Shown here one piece after another: positions 54,114-64,000 of a stretch of 64,000 bases of DNA (the stretch's first letter is position 1; the number at the start of each line of letters is the position of its first letter). A program made the translations under genes and the position numbers. The stretch is from an uncultured Thermoplasmata archaeon. GTDB taxonomy: Archaea; Thermoplasmatota; Thermoplasmata; Lutacidiplasmatales; UBA184. The notes under the pieces were generated by a model that made no database searches, had not been told where the DNA came from, and was given only the letters and a program-made list of their open reading frames with translations. Location: assembly GCA_963696985.1 (NCBI GenBank), contig CAVOMG010000001.1, positions 299,024 to 363,023 on the forward strand. The letters are read 5' to 3'.

Positions 54114-55815
54114 CTATCGGGCCGCCGCTTCGGCGTCCTCGCGGAGGCGGATCCGCCGCCGGGTCCGGTGGTACGTGACGGCGAACCGGTGGGCCTCGTC
54201 CCGGACCGCTCTTAGAAGGAGCATCGCCGGCGCGTTCGGGTTCGGCCGCAGCGGCTCCGACTCGTCCGGTCGGTAGACCTCCTCGAGCCGCTTCGCGAGC
54301 CCGATCGTTGGGATCGTCTCCTCGAGGTGGAGCTCGCGGAGCGCCTCCATCGCCGAGGAGAGCTGGCCGCGGCCCCCGTCGATCAGGAGAAGGTCGGGGA
54401 GGCGCTCGGACTCGGCGAGTTGGCGCGTGTACCGCCGCCGGACCACCTCGCGGACCATCGCGAAGTCGTTCGTTCCCTCGACGGTCCGGATGCGGAAGCG
54501 CCGGTACTCCGACTTCGCCGGCGCGCCCCGCTCGAAGACGACCACCGAGCCGACGGCGTTCGACCCCTGGAAGATCGAGATGTCGATCCCCTCGATCCGG
54601 TTCGGGATCTTCGGAAGGGTGAGCAGGGTCTGGAGGGCGATCAGGACCTCGCGGGGGGCCGCCCGCGGGGCGACCGAGTCGACGTGGGCGCGCGCGAGAC
54701 GCTCGGCGAGGTTTGCGAAGGCGGCGTGGCGCCCGGTCGGCCGGAACCGGACCTCGATCCCCCGCTCCCCCTCGAGCCAGTCGACGGTCTCCTCGATCCC
54801 GGCCGGCCGGGCCCCCTGAATGTAGATCCGCTTCGGCAGTTCGAGGCGGTTCCCGTAGTACTGGGTGAGGAACTGTCGGAGGGTCTCCCCGAGCTCAGGA
54901 GCGTCGTCCGCTGGGATCTGGAGCAGGTGGGGCTCGGTCCCACGGACCTCCCCGTCCACGATGTGGAGGAGCCCGACGGCGACCCGCAGGCTCGCCGGGT
55001 CGTTGGGGTAGGCGAGCGCGAGGACGTCGGCGCGGCCCTCCCCGGGCCCGATCACGTGCTGGCGTTCGGCGAGCGCCGAGAGCCCGGCGAGGGCGTCGCG
55101 CAGCGCCCCGGCCCGCTCGAACTCTTCGGCCTCGACCGCGTCCCGCATCGACTGGGCGACGGTCCGCTCGAGCTCGGCCCCGCCCCCTCGAAGGACCCCG
55201 ATCGCCCGATCCACCTGAGCCCGGTATCCCGGTTCATCGACCGCGCCGATGCACGGCGCCGTGCAGGTGCGCAGGTGGTAGGTACAGGCACTCCTTGCGG
55301 GGGAGGCGGACGCATTGGCGGATCTGGAACGTCTCGGAAAGGAGCTTCTGGAGCCCGCGGGCCTCCCGGGCGCTCGGGTACGGACCGAAGAGGATGGTCG
55401 GGCCGCCCCGGCGGGGCCTCCGCACGACGAGGACGCGCGGGAAGCGCTCGCCGAGGGTGACCGCGAGGTAGGGGAAGCTGCGGTCGTCCTTGAGGAGCGT
55501 GTTGTACGGGGGCTGGTACTGCTTGATGAGGCTCGCCTCGAGGAGGAGCGCCTCGCGCTCGCTCACCGTCGGCACGAACTCGACCGAGGCGCTGCGGGCG
55601 ACGATCGTCCCGTCCTTCTCGACCCGGGCGTGGAGGTGGTCGAGCACGCGGCGGCGCAGGTTCCGGGACTTCCCGACGTAGACGACCTCGCCCCGCGCCG
55701 ACCGGAACAGGTAGACACCGACCGAGTCGGGCCCGGATCGGAACCCCTCCTTCGTCGTCACGGCGAGTTCGCTCGCCGGGACGAACCCCGGGAAGCGCGG
55801 CTCGGGCGCGGTCAT
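54114..55815 (-). CDS. uvrC: excinuclease ABC subunit C (frameshift near 55280)
   Basis: GVYLF..VYVGKS.NLRRR, YNTLLKDD, FERAGALRD, IEGIDIS, LIDGGRGQ, RDEAHRFA. Confidence 0.95.
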
Positions 55816-58640
55816 CGCACGGGCGGGGCGGCTTCCATCGAACGTCCGAGGAGCGGTGCCAAGAAGGCACCGGTATAGGAGCCCCGGGCCCGGGCGACCT
55901 GCTCCGGGGTCCCGTGCGCGACGATCCGGCCCCCGGCCTCGCCCCCTTCAGGGCCGAGGTCGATGAGCCAATCGGCCGACTTGAGGACGTCGAGGTTGTG
56001 CTCGATCACCACGACCGTGTTGCCGCCCGAGCGCAACCGGAACAGCACGTCCAGGAGGCGCTCGACATCCTGGAAATGGAGCCCGGTCGTCGGCTCGTCG
56101 AGGAGGTAGAGCGTCCGGCCGGTCGGGGTCTTCGCGAGCTCGAAGGCGATCTTGATCCGCTGGGCCTCCCCGCCGGAGAGCGTTGTGGCGCTCTGCCCGA
56201 GCTGGAGATAGCCCAAGCCGACGTCGGTGAGGAGCTGGAGCCGCGACTCGATGCGCCGGTGGTTCCGGAAGAACTCGAGCGCCTCGTCGACGGTCATCGA
56301 GAGGACCTCGGCGATGGTTTTCCCCTTGAACTTCGCCTCGAGGGTCTCGGCGTTGAACCGTTGCCCCCGGCACTCCTCGCACATCACGTAGACGTCGGGG
56401 AGGAAGTGCATCTCGTACCGGATGACGCCGTCGCCCTCGCACGCTTCGCAGCGTCCGCTCGCGACGTTGAAGCTGAATCGGCCGGGCCCGAAGCCGCGGG
56501 CCTTCGCCTCGGGAAGGCCGCTGAAGAGTTCCCGCAGCGGGGTCATCAGCCCGGTGTACGTCGCGGGATTGCTGCGGGGCGTCCGTCCGATCGGGGCCTG
56601 GTCGATCAGAAGGACCCGGTCGATCTGGTCGATCCCCTCGATGTGGTCATGCTTTCCCGGGATCTCCCGGCCGAGGCCCAGGTGGCGCCGGACCGCCTTG
56701 TAGAGGATCTCCTGCATGAGGGTCGACTTCCCCGAGCCGCTGACACCGGAGAGCGCCGTGAGGGTCCCCAGGGGCAGGCGGATGTCCTCGCCTTTTAGGT
56801 TGTTCTCCCGGGGGCCCGGATCTCGAGCCACCGGTCCCCGGGTCGGCGGCGTTCCGGGGGGATCTCGATCGCCCGCCGTCCGGACAGGAAAGCCCCCGTG
56901 ATCGAGCGGGGCGAGTCGATGATCCGCTCCGGCGGGCCGTCGAAGAGGAGCTCGCCCCCCAGCGCCGGCGCCGAGTCCGAGGTCGATGAGCCAATCGGCC
57001 TCGCGCATGGTCTGCTCGTCGTGCTCGACGACGAGGACGGTGTTGCCGAGGTCGCGGAGCGTCTTCAGGGTCGCGAGCAAGCGCTGGTGGTCGCGCGGAT
57101 GGAGCCCGATCGACGGCTCGTCGAGGATGTAGAGCACCCCAACGAGGCCGGAGCCGATCTGGGTCGCGAGCGCGATCCGCTCCGCCTCCCCGCCCGAGAG
57201 GGTCGCGGAGCCCCGGTCGAGGGTCAGGTAGGTGAGCCCGACGTTCTCGAGGAACCCGAGCCGAGACCGGATCTCCTTCACGACCTGCCCGACGATCTTC
57301 TCGTCGCGCTCGTTCAGGTGGAGGTCGCGGAAGAGGGGGATCAGGCGGTCGATCGGCAGCTTCGAGAACTCGGCGATCGACCGGTCGAGGACCTTGACCG
57401 CGAGGCTCTCCGGCTTCAGCCGGTCCCCGTGACAGTGGTGGCACGGGACGAACGTCATGAAGCCCATGTAGTACTCCTTGGCGCCCTCGCTCTTGGTCGC
57501 CTTCCAGCGCCGTTCGACGGCGCGCGCGAGACCTTCCCGGAGCCATCCACCCCCCCACCAGTGGTGGGCGCCGTGGGCCCCCATCCCGAGCGACCGATCG
57601 CTCCCGTTGAAGAGCGCCTCCCACCCCTTCTCCGAGAGTTCGGAGACGGGGCGGCGCGGGTCGTAGTCGAACAGTCGACCGAAACGTTCGAGCGCCTCGC
57701 GCTCCGGGGCGAGGCCCCACACCGCGATCGCCTTGCCTAGTGGCTTCGACCGGTCCGGGATGATCAGCCCGGGGTCGGCCCGGAGGATCGCCCCGATCCC
57801 CAGGCACGTCGGGCAGGCGCCGAACGGGTTGTTGAAGGAGAACATCCGAGGGGAGAGCTCTTCGGAGGAGAATCCGCAGATCGGGCAGGCCCTCCGGCTC
57901 GAGAAGACCGTGCGGGTGCCCTTCGGGCCCCGGGCGATCACGAGGCCGTCGGCGAGGTCCCGGGCGAGCGTCGCGGCCTCGCTGAGCCGCGCGCTCTCGT
58001 CGCCGGGCTCGACCGTGTCGACGACGACCTCGACCGTGTGCTTCTTGTTCTTCTCGAGGCGGATCGCGGCGGGGTTGCGGGCGTCGACGCCGTCGATCAC
58101 GAACCTTCGGTAGCCGTCCTTGCGGAGCCGGTCGAGGAGGTCGCGGAACTCGCCCTTCTGGCCCCGGACCACCGGCGCCAAGATGTCGACTCGCCCCTCT
58201 CGCGCGACGGCCTGGATCGCCTCGACCATTCGGTCGACCGATTGGGGAAGGATCTCGTGCCCGTCGTTCGGACAGTGCGGGACGCCGATGCGGGCGAAGA
58301 GGAGACGGAGGTAATCGTGGATCTCGGTGACCGTCCCGACGGTCGAGCGGGGGTTCCGGCTCCCCGCCCGCTGCTGGATGGCGATCGCCGGCGAGAGCCC
58401 TTCGATGGAGTCGACGTCGGGCTTGTCCATCTGCCCGAGGAACTGGCGGGCGTACGCCGAGAGGCTCTCGATGTACCTCCGCTGGCCCTCGGCGTAGAGC
58501 GTGTCGAACGCCAGGGAGGACTTCCCGGAGCCGCTCACGCCGGTCACGACGATCAACCGGTCTCGGGGAAGGTCGAGGGAGATGTTCTTGAGATTGTGCT
58601 GGCGCGCGCCTCGGATCCGGATCGCCGGCCCCGAAGGCAT
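55812..58640 (-). CDS. uvrA: excinuclease ABC subunit A (indels between 56810 and 56970)
   Basis: GARQHNLKN, two GVSGSGKS and two LSGGEA motifs, [16 protein letters not shown]. Confidence 0.97.
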   Translation of the reverse strand: MPSGPAIRIRGARQHNLKNISLDLPRDRLIVVTGVSGSGKSSLAFDTLYAEGQRRYIESLSAYARQFLGQMDKPDVDSIEGLSPAIAIQQRAGSRNPRSTVGTVTEIHDYLRLLFARIGVPHCPNDGHEILPQSVDRMVEAIQAVAREGRVDILAPVVRGQKGEFRDLLDRLRKDGYRRFVIDGVDARNPAAIRLEKNKKHTVEVVVDTVEPGDESARLSEAATLARDLADGLVIARGPKGTRTVFSSRRACPICGFSSEELSPRMFSFNNPFGACPTCLGIGAILRADPGLIIPDRSKPLGKAIAVWGLAPEREALERFGRLFDYDPRRPVSELSEKGWEALFNGSDRSLGMGAHGAHHWWGGGWLREGLARAVERRWKATKSEGAKEYYMGFMTFVPCHHCHGDRLKPESLAVKVLDRSIAEFSKLPIDRLIPLFRDLHLNERDEKIVGQVVKEIRSRLGFLENVGLTYLTLDRGSATLSGGEAERIALATQIGSGLVGVLYILDEPSIGLHPRDHQRLLATLKTLRDLGNTVLVVEHDEQTMREADWLIDLGLGAGAGGRAPLRRPAGADHRLAPLDHGGFPVRTAGDRDPPGTPPTRGPVARDPGPRENNLKGEDIRLPLGTLTALSGVSGSGKSTLMQEILYKAVRRHLGLGREIPGKHDHIEGIDQIDRVLLIDQAPIGRTPRSNPATYTGLMTPLRELFSGLPEAKARGFGPGRFSFNVASGRCEACEGDGVIRYEMHFLPDVYVMCEECRGQRFNAETLEAKFKGKTIAEVLSMTVDEALEFFRNHRRIESRLQLLTDVGLGYLQLGQSATTLSGGEAQRIKIAFELAKTPTGRTLYLLDEPTTGLHFQDVERLLDVLFRLRSGGNTVVVIEHNLDVLKSADWLIDLGPEGGEAGGRIVAHGTPEQVARARGSYTGAFLAPLLGRSMEAAPPVR

Positions 58641-58908
58641 CGCCGGGTGCTCGAGCTCGACCGCCGGGGAGGAGCCGTCCCCGGGCGACGGGATGGTCGT
58701 GCCGGTCGGCCGACGATTCGAAGAACGGACGCTGCGAGCCGCCACCGAGGACAACGACCTGGGCCGGCTATTTAACGCGCCGAGTAGCGGTGTGAAACGG
58801 TCCACGAGGGGAGGAGCCTTGAAGGCCCCCGGGGGATTCAGAGGAGGTTCGACCGCCGGTTCACGGCGGCGCGGCGCCGGTCTCCGCCGCGGGGCGCGGC
58901 GGGGCCTC

Positions 58909-61355
58909 TTACTGGGGGGCCTTGCGGACCCGGCGCGCCCGCGGTGGGGGGGTCTCCGTCCGAACGGCTCCCTCGGTGGGAGCGGCCGCGGGCTCCGAGG
59001 CGGGGGGGGCCCGGGCGGCGTGGCTCTTGCGGGCCGGCGCTTTCCGGGGGGCCTTCTTCGTCGCTTCGACCTTCGGCTTCTTCTCGCGGGACGGACACTC
59101 CGGATTGATACAGAGCGTCCAAGGGGGTCGCCCCGCCTCGATCGCGGTCACCACCGGGGCCCGGCAGATCGGGCACGGCGGCTGATCCTTCTCGAGCTTG
59201 CCCCGTTGGGGCAATGGGTAGGTGACCCGGCAGTTCGGATAGCCGGTGCACCCCACGAACCGCTTCCCGAGGAAGGAGTACCCGGATCTCGAGCGGCGAG
59301 GCGCAGTTCGGGCAGCTACCGATCCGGAACGCCCGGTGGTGCTCGGCGCACTCCGGGTTGATACAGTAGAGGTCCGGCCGTTGCCCTCGGAAGGTGATCT
59401 TGACCCTCGGGACCTTGCAGGTCCCGCACAGGAACTCCGGGGCCGGCTCGATGAAGCCGGCCGACGGAAGGTTGTAGGTCGCGGTGCAGCGCCCAGGGTT
59501 GTTGACGCACTGGACCCATCGGGCCCCCCGGGGGCTCCGAGCGAGACGCAGGGCGCCGCCGCACAAGGCGCACGGGCCCACGAAGTGCTGCGTGTCGAGG
59601 GCCCCCGTCAGGGTTTCCCGGACCCCCTCCCGGTTGCGGGTCAAGAGCTCGTGGGCCTCGCGCAGCATGTCCCGGGAATCGGAGAGCACCTGGGCCTTCT
59701 CCTTCTTCGACTCAGCGACGAGCCTCCATCTCCTCCTCGAGGCGGTGGGTCATCTCCGGGCGGGTGATCAGTGGGGCGTGGGCCTTCAGCGCCTCGGTCA
59801 CGGCGATGCCAGTCACCGTCGGCTCGAGCGAGCGCTGTTGGACGTAGTGCCGATCGAAGAGCTTCTGGAGGACATCGTGCCGGGTCGACTTCGTCCCGAG
59901 GCCGAGCCGCTCCATCTCCTGGATCAGCGTGCCCTGGGTGAACCGCTTCGGTGGCCGGGTCTGGTCCTCCCTCAGCGTGATCGAGCGGATCTCGACGTTC
60001 TGGCCGACCGAGAGCACGGGCATCGGCGCCTGCTCCGGATTGGAGTACGGATAGACCCGGTACCAGCCGGGCTCGACGAGGATCTGGCCCTTACCGTCGA
60101 ACTTCTCGGCTCGAATGTCGACGGTGACGGTCCGCGAGAGGCCCGTCGAGTCCGGGGCGACGGTGGCGAGGAAACGGCGGACGACGAGCTCGTAGACCTT
60201 GGCATGGTCCGGCTTCAACTTCTTCGGATCCGTCACGCCGGTCGGGTAGATCGGCGGATGGTCGGTCGTCTCGCTGCGACCGCGGGTCGCCCGGAACGTC
60301 TCCTGAGAGAGCACGTAATCGGCGGCCTCCCGGAACGGGCTCTCCTTGAACTTCTCGACGAGCGAACGGAGCCCGACCCCTCGAGGGTAGACCGTGTTGT
60401 CGGTCCTCGGGTAGCTGATCAGGCCCTGGGTGTAGAGGTCCTCGGCGATCCGCATGACGTAGGCGGCCCCGAGACCCTGACGAGTTGCCTCGGCGACGAA
60501 GAGGGTCGTGCTGAACGGGATTGGCGGGCGACGGCGGGTCGGCTCCTCGGCGAACGCCTCGACCCGACCCTCACGGCTGCCGTCAACCCTCTGGAAGACC
60601 TTCTCCGCCTCGGCCCGCACATCGAACCGTCCGTGCTGGTGGGCGAGGGCGAACGTCTCCTGGCCGTCGGTGGCCTCGGCCTCGATGAGGTAGAACGGCT
60701 TGGGGACGAACTCCTTGATCTCCTGGTCCCGCTCGACGAGCAGAGCGAGCGTGGGGGTCTGCACGCGGCCCGCGGAGAGGAAGCTCTTCCCCCGTTGGCC
60801 CGCGACGATCGAGAGGAAGCGGGTGAGCAGGGCCCCCCAGACGAGATCGATCTCCTGGCGGGCCTCCGCGGCCTCGGCAAGCGCGTGGTCGAGCTCGGCG
60901 AGGTGGGTGAAGCTCTGTTCGATCTCCTCGCGGGTGAGGGCGCTGTAGCGGGCCCGCTTCACCTCGATGTTCGGGTGGACCTTCTTGAGGAGCTCGAGCG
61001 CCTCGGAACCGATGAGCTCCCCCTCGCGGTCGAAATCGGTGGCGATGATGACCCGGTCGAACTCCCGGACGATCTCCTGGAGGGTCCCGACGATCCCGGT
61101 CTCCGTGACGCGCTTTAGGGGCTCGGTCTCGAGGAGGCGGCCGAGCGATTCGAGGTTCCAATCCGCGAACTCGGGGGGGTAGTCGAGTTCCACGATGTGG
61201 CCCCGCAGGCCCACGACGGCGTACGGGCCCTCGGGACGGTCGAAGCGGAAGACGTTCGTCCCCGCGGTCCGAAGTCGTTGCATCCGGCCGTCGGAGAGGA
61301 CGATGGCGATCCGAAGGGCGGTGTTGAACTTCTCCGCGATGACGAGCGTCCGCAT
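58909..61355 (-). CDS. topA: type IA DNA topoisomerase with C-terminal zinc ribbons (frameshifts near 59720 and 59280)
   Basis: [39 protein letters not shown]4 repeats. Confidence 0.95.
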
Positions 61356-61575
61356 GGGGTCCGAGGGCGGCATCTAGGCCGGGCGCCCTAGTTAAGAGTA
61401 GAGGGCAGTGCGGGTCGAGCCCGGCGCTCGAACGTGCGCGCGCACGTTCGGTGCGAGGGTCCGGCGCGGGGGCCTCTCCCGACGGTCCGGAGTCGAGCGA
61501 CGGATGGAGGGCCGACCGCCCGGCGCGCTCGCACGCCACCGCCTAAATAGGGGGAGGGGAGTCGGGCCGCGGGGT

Positions 61576-61649
61576 GCCGCGGTAACTCAGTTTGGGAGAG
61601 TGCAAGACTGAAGATCTTGAAGCCGCCGGTTCAAGCCCGGCCCGCGGCA
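61576..61649 (+). tRNA. tRNA-Phe(GAA)
   Basis: GCCGCGG acceptor, CAAGA-CTGAAGA-TCTTG anticodon arm, GTTCAAG T-loop; TAAATA at about 61544. Confidence 0.97.
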
Positions 61650-61736
61650 TGCTCTCCCGACCCCCTCCGACGCTGAAACCCGGCACGTGGACGGCGCCGC
61701 CGCTCTCTCACCGATCCGCTTCGAGCGAACGCTAAG

Positions 61737-64000
61737 TCAGCGCGGCCCCACGGGCGGGCCGATCTCCCCGGCCCCCGCTACGGGTTTCCGCGGTCGACGA
61801 AAACGCTTCGTCACCCTCGCCCAGGCGCTATCGAGGCGCCCCCAGGAGCGCCCGGGGGTCAACCGTCGGAGGATGAGCACGCTTACGGCGATCACCGAGA
61901 GCGCGAGGAAGCCGGTCGCCCACGTCGGTCCGTAGCCGGAGAGGCCGAAGTACCCCGGTGACGGCGTGCTCGGCCCGGAGGGGATCAGCGTGAAGCGGAT
62001 CTCCTCGAGCACGGGCGAGCCCGCGACGACGATCGTCCCGTTCGGCGGGCTGGCACGGAACCCGAGGACGACGCCCACCGTGAACGGGTAGTCGGTCCCG
62101 TTCGCGATCTCGAAGGTGACGTTCGATGATACCGAGCGGTTCACCTGCCCGTTGAGGTCGACCGACCAAGCCGCCCCGCTTGGCAGGCCGGATTCGGAGA
62201 ACTGAACGGGATACCTCCCGTAGACCGGGGGAACCCGGAACGCCACCGATCCGGACGCCGCTTCGGCGGCCGCGAGGACCGGTTCCGGCCCGCCCGCCGC
62301 GAGGACGGTCGGGTTCCCGACCGTCGGGAAGCTGCCGGCGACGGCGTCGGTGCTCCCGTCGACGGCGACCAACCGGGACTCGGTCGGTTCGTCGACGTAG
62401 AGGAGGCCGCTCTCCGGATCGTAGACGAGTGCTCCGAGGGGAGGCGCGGGGACCAGGGAGCGGGCGAGCGAGAGCCCCGGACCGACGTAGGATTCGAGCG
62501 CGTTCGCCCCGCCGACCGCGCCGCCCCCGACGACCACGAAGAGCGCCTTGTCGGCCGAGTCGTAGGCGATCGCCTCGGGCGAGCCGGTAACGGGGATCGT
62601 GCCCACCACGGTCCCGCTCCGGGCGTCGAGGACGCTCAAGTTGGCGCTCGCTCGGTTCGCGACCACCATGGCGTCGGCCGCCGAATCGAACGCGAGGCCG
62701 ACCGGATCGGCGCCGACCGTGACGGTCCGGTCGACCGCCCCGTTCGTCCCGTTCACGATCGTGACGCTCGAGTTGTCCGGATCGGTCACGAACAGCGCCT
62801 GGTCGACCGGATCGAGGGCGATCTGGCCCGGGGCGAACGGAAGATAGGTCGCCCCGACCACCCCGATGCCCTCGATCGAGACGAAGCTGATCTCGTTCGA
62901 ACCGGCGTCGGCGACGGCGACGCTCCGGTTCGCGGGATCGTCGGCGATCCCCGTGGGATCCAATCCGACCGGGATCGTGGCCACGACGCTGTGGAGCCGC
63001 CCTTGGATCACGATGACGTACCCCGAGTAGGCCTGCGGATCCGAGACGAACCACTCGTCCGAGGGCGGATCGTAGACAAGGCCGTCGGGGGCCGCCGCCG
63101 TGGGCAGGATGCTCGAAAAGCGGTTCGTGGTCGCATTGATCACATCGACCGCGCTCGCGTTGACGTCGGCGACGAAGACCCATCCGTTCGAGAGGTCGGG
63201 CACGATCCCGCGGGTCCCGCGCCCCGTCGGGATCGTCGCGAACACCGAGGGCACGATCCCTCTCAGGACCGCGAGGCCGCCCGACCCGGCCTCGGTGAGG
63301 TAGACTTCCCCGTTGAAGCCATCGTAGACCGCCGAGAGGATCGCCGCCGGCACGAACACCCGGACCGTGACCGCGTGGGTGCGCGGGCTCACGAGGTCGA
63401 CGAGCGCCGTCGACCCGGACGCCACGTAGAAGAAGGCATCGGCGCCGTCGTACACGATCGATGTCGGGTCCGGGTCGACGGTCACGGTGGCGCTGACCGC
63501 CCTCTGGGTCACGTTGAGGATGCTCACGTTCCCGCCGACCGGATTCGCTACGTAGACATCGCCGCTCACCGGGTCGAGGGCGATCGGACCCGGGGTCCAC
63601 CCGAGGGGAACGGATTGGATCAGGCGCCCGCTCGTGCCGTTCACCACTTCGACCGCATCGGCGCCGACATCCGTGACCCAGAGGTCGCGGTCGAACGGGT
63701 CGAAGATCACCGTGGTCGGTGACGTCCCGACGGAGACGGTCCCGACGACGGATTCCGAGGAATCGTTGAGGAAGGTCAGTTCGCTCGAGTTCCGGTCGGC
63801 GACGACCATGGAGCCGTTCGCCGGATCGTAGACGATCGACGTCGGGGCGAACCCGACCCGGACCGTCGCCCGGAGGCTTTCGGACCCCGCGTTCACGATC
63901 GAGACGGTGCCGAGAGCCGTGTTCGCCACGAAGACGTCCCCCTGCGCCGGGTCCACACCGAAGCCGTCGGGAGACGAGGGCCCCGAGCCGATCGGCACCG
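61737..64000 (-). CDS. YncE/YVTN beta-propeller surface protein, 5' end outside the window
   Basis: Repeated VG..P..I.YDP....FVA units, FSESGLPSGAAWSV domain, C-terminal TM helix with basic tail. Confidence 0.9.
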   Translation of the reverse strand, partial: VPIGSGPSSPDGFGVDPAQGDVFVANTALGTVSIVNAGSESLRATVRVGFAPTSIVYDPANGSMVVADRNSSELTFLNDSSESVVGTVSVGTSPTTVIFDPFDRDLWVTDVGADAVEVVNGTSGRLIQSVPLGWTPGPIALDPVSGDVYVANPVGGNVSILNVTQRAVSATVTVDPDPTSIVYDGADAFFYVASGSTALVDLVSPRTHAVTVRVFVPAAILSAVYDGFNGEVYLTEAGSGGLAVLRGIVPSVFATIPTGRGTRGIVPDLSNGWVFVADVNASAVDVINATTNRFSSILPTAAAPDGLVYDPPSDEWFVSDPQAYSGYVIVIQGRLHSVVATIPVGLDPTGIADDPANRSVAVADAGSNEISFVSIEGIGVVGATYLPFAPGQIALDPVDQALFVTDPDNSSVTIVNGTNGAVDRTVTVGADPVGLAFDSAADAMVVANRASANLSVLDARSGTVVGTIPVTGSPEAIAYDSADKALFVVVGGGAVGGANALESYVGPGLSLARSLVPAPPLGALVYDPESGLLYVDEPTESRLVAVDGSTDAVAGSFPTVGNPTVLAAGGPEPVLAAAEAASGSVAFRVPPVYGRYPVQFSESGLPSGAAWSVDLNGQVNRSVSSNVTFEIANGTDYPFTVGVVLGFRASPPNGTIVVAGSPVLEEIRFTLIPSGPSTPSPGYFGLSGYGPTWATGFLALSVIAVSVLILRRLTPGRSWGRLDSAWARVTKRFRRPRKPVAGAGEIGPPVGPR

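Noticed and set aside
276..61355. About 20 frameshifts read as pseudogenes or programmed frameshifting
   Set aside because: They hit essential genes (topA, folD, uvrA, acs), often at G/C runs, with no in-frame stops or shared slippery motif; best explained by long-read indel errors
61737..64000. DNA repeats in the YVTN and Kelch genes
   Set aside because: They are protein-level propeller repeats, common in Thermoplasmata surface proteins
1..64000. Many long Arg/Pro/Gly-rich overlapping ORFs in the track
   Set aside because: Shadow frames of high-GC coding DNA with no motifs

Overview
High-GC archaeal DNA, most likely from a Thermoplasmata lineage. The evidence is a membrane-anchored LonB, a proteasome alpha subunit starting MQPGQMAYDR, intron-less tRNAs without encoded CCA, TATA-like boxes about 25 nt before start codons, and a YVTN beta-propeller surface protein. 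Mostly housekeeping content: rnhA, cyclophilin, a DAP-pathway lysine operon (dapA-dapB-lysC-lysA-aminotransferase) with a convergent Lrp regulator, msrA, acs, oxidoreductases, M3 peptidase, tmk, amt, a gltD-like gene, SSB, PolX, lonB-nadM, folD, a radical SAM gene, psmA, topA-uvrA-uvrC, tRNA-Thr(CGT) and tRNA-Phe(GAA). About 20 single-base frameshifts break conserved genes and look like long-read assembly errors. The most striking signal is an accessory region (about 37-47.8 kb) downstream of tRNA-Thr. There the tRNA 3' end (CAGCCACTGGAGGG on +) recurs exactly twice more and partly once more, dividing the DNA into small integrase-less modules, two of which begin with a toxin-antitoxin operon. 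Other leads: a scramblase/PH/Kelch/zinc-ribbon membrane cluster, a perfect hairpin covering the lonB leader, an Lrp-type operator before dapA, and a structured amt/gltD intergenic region.
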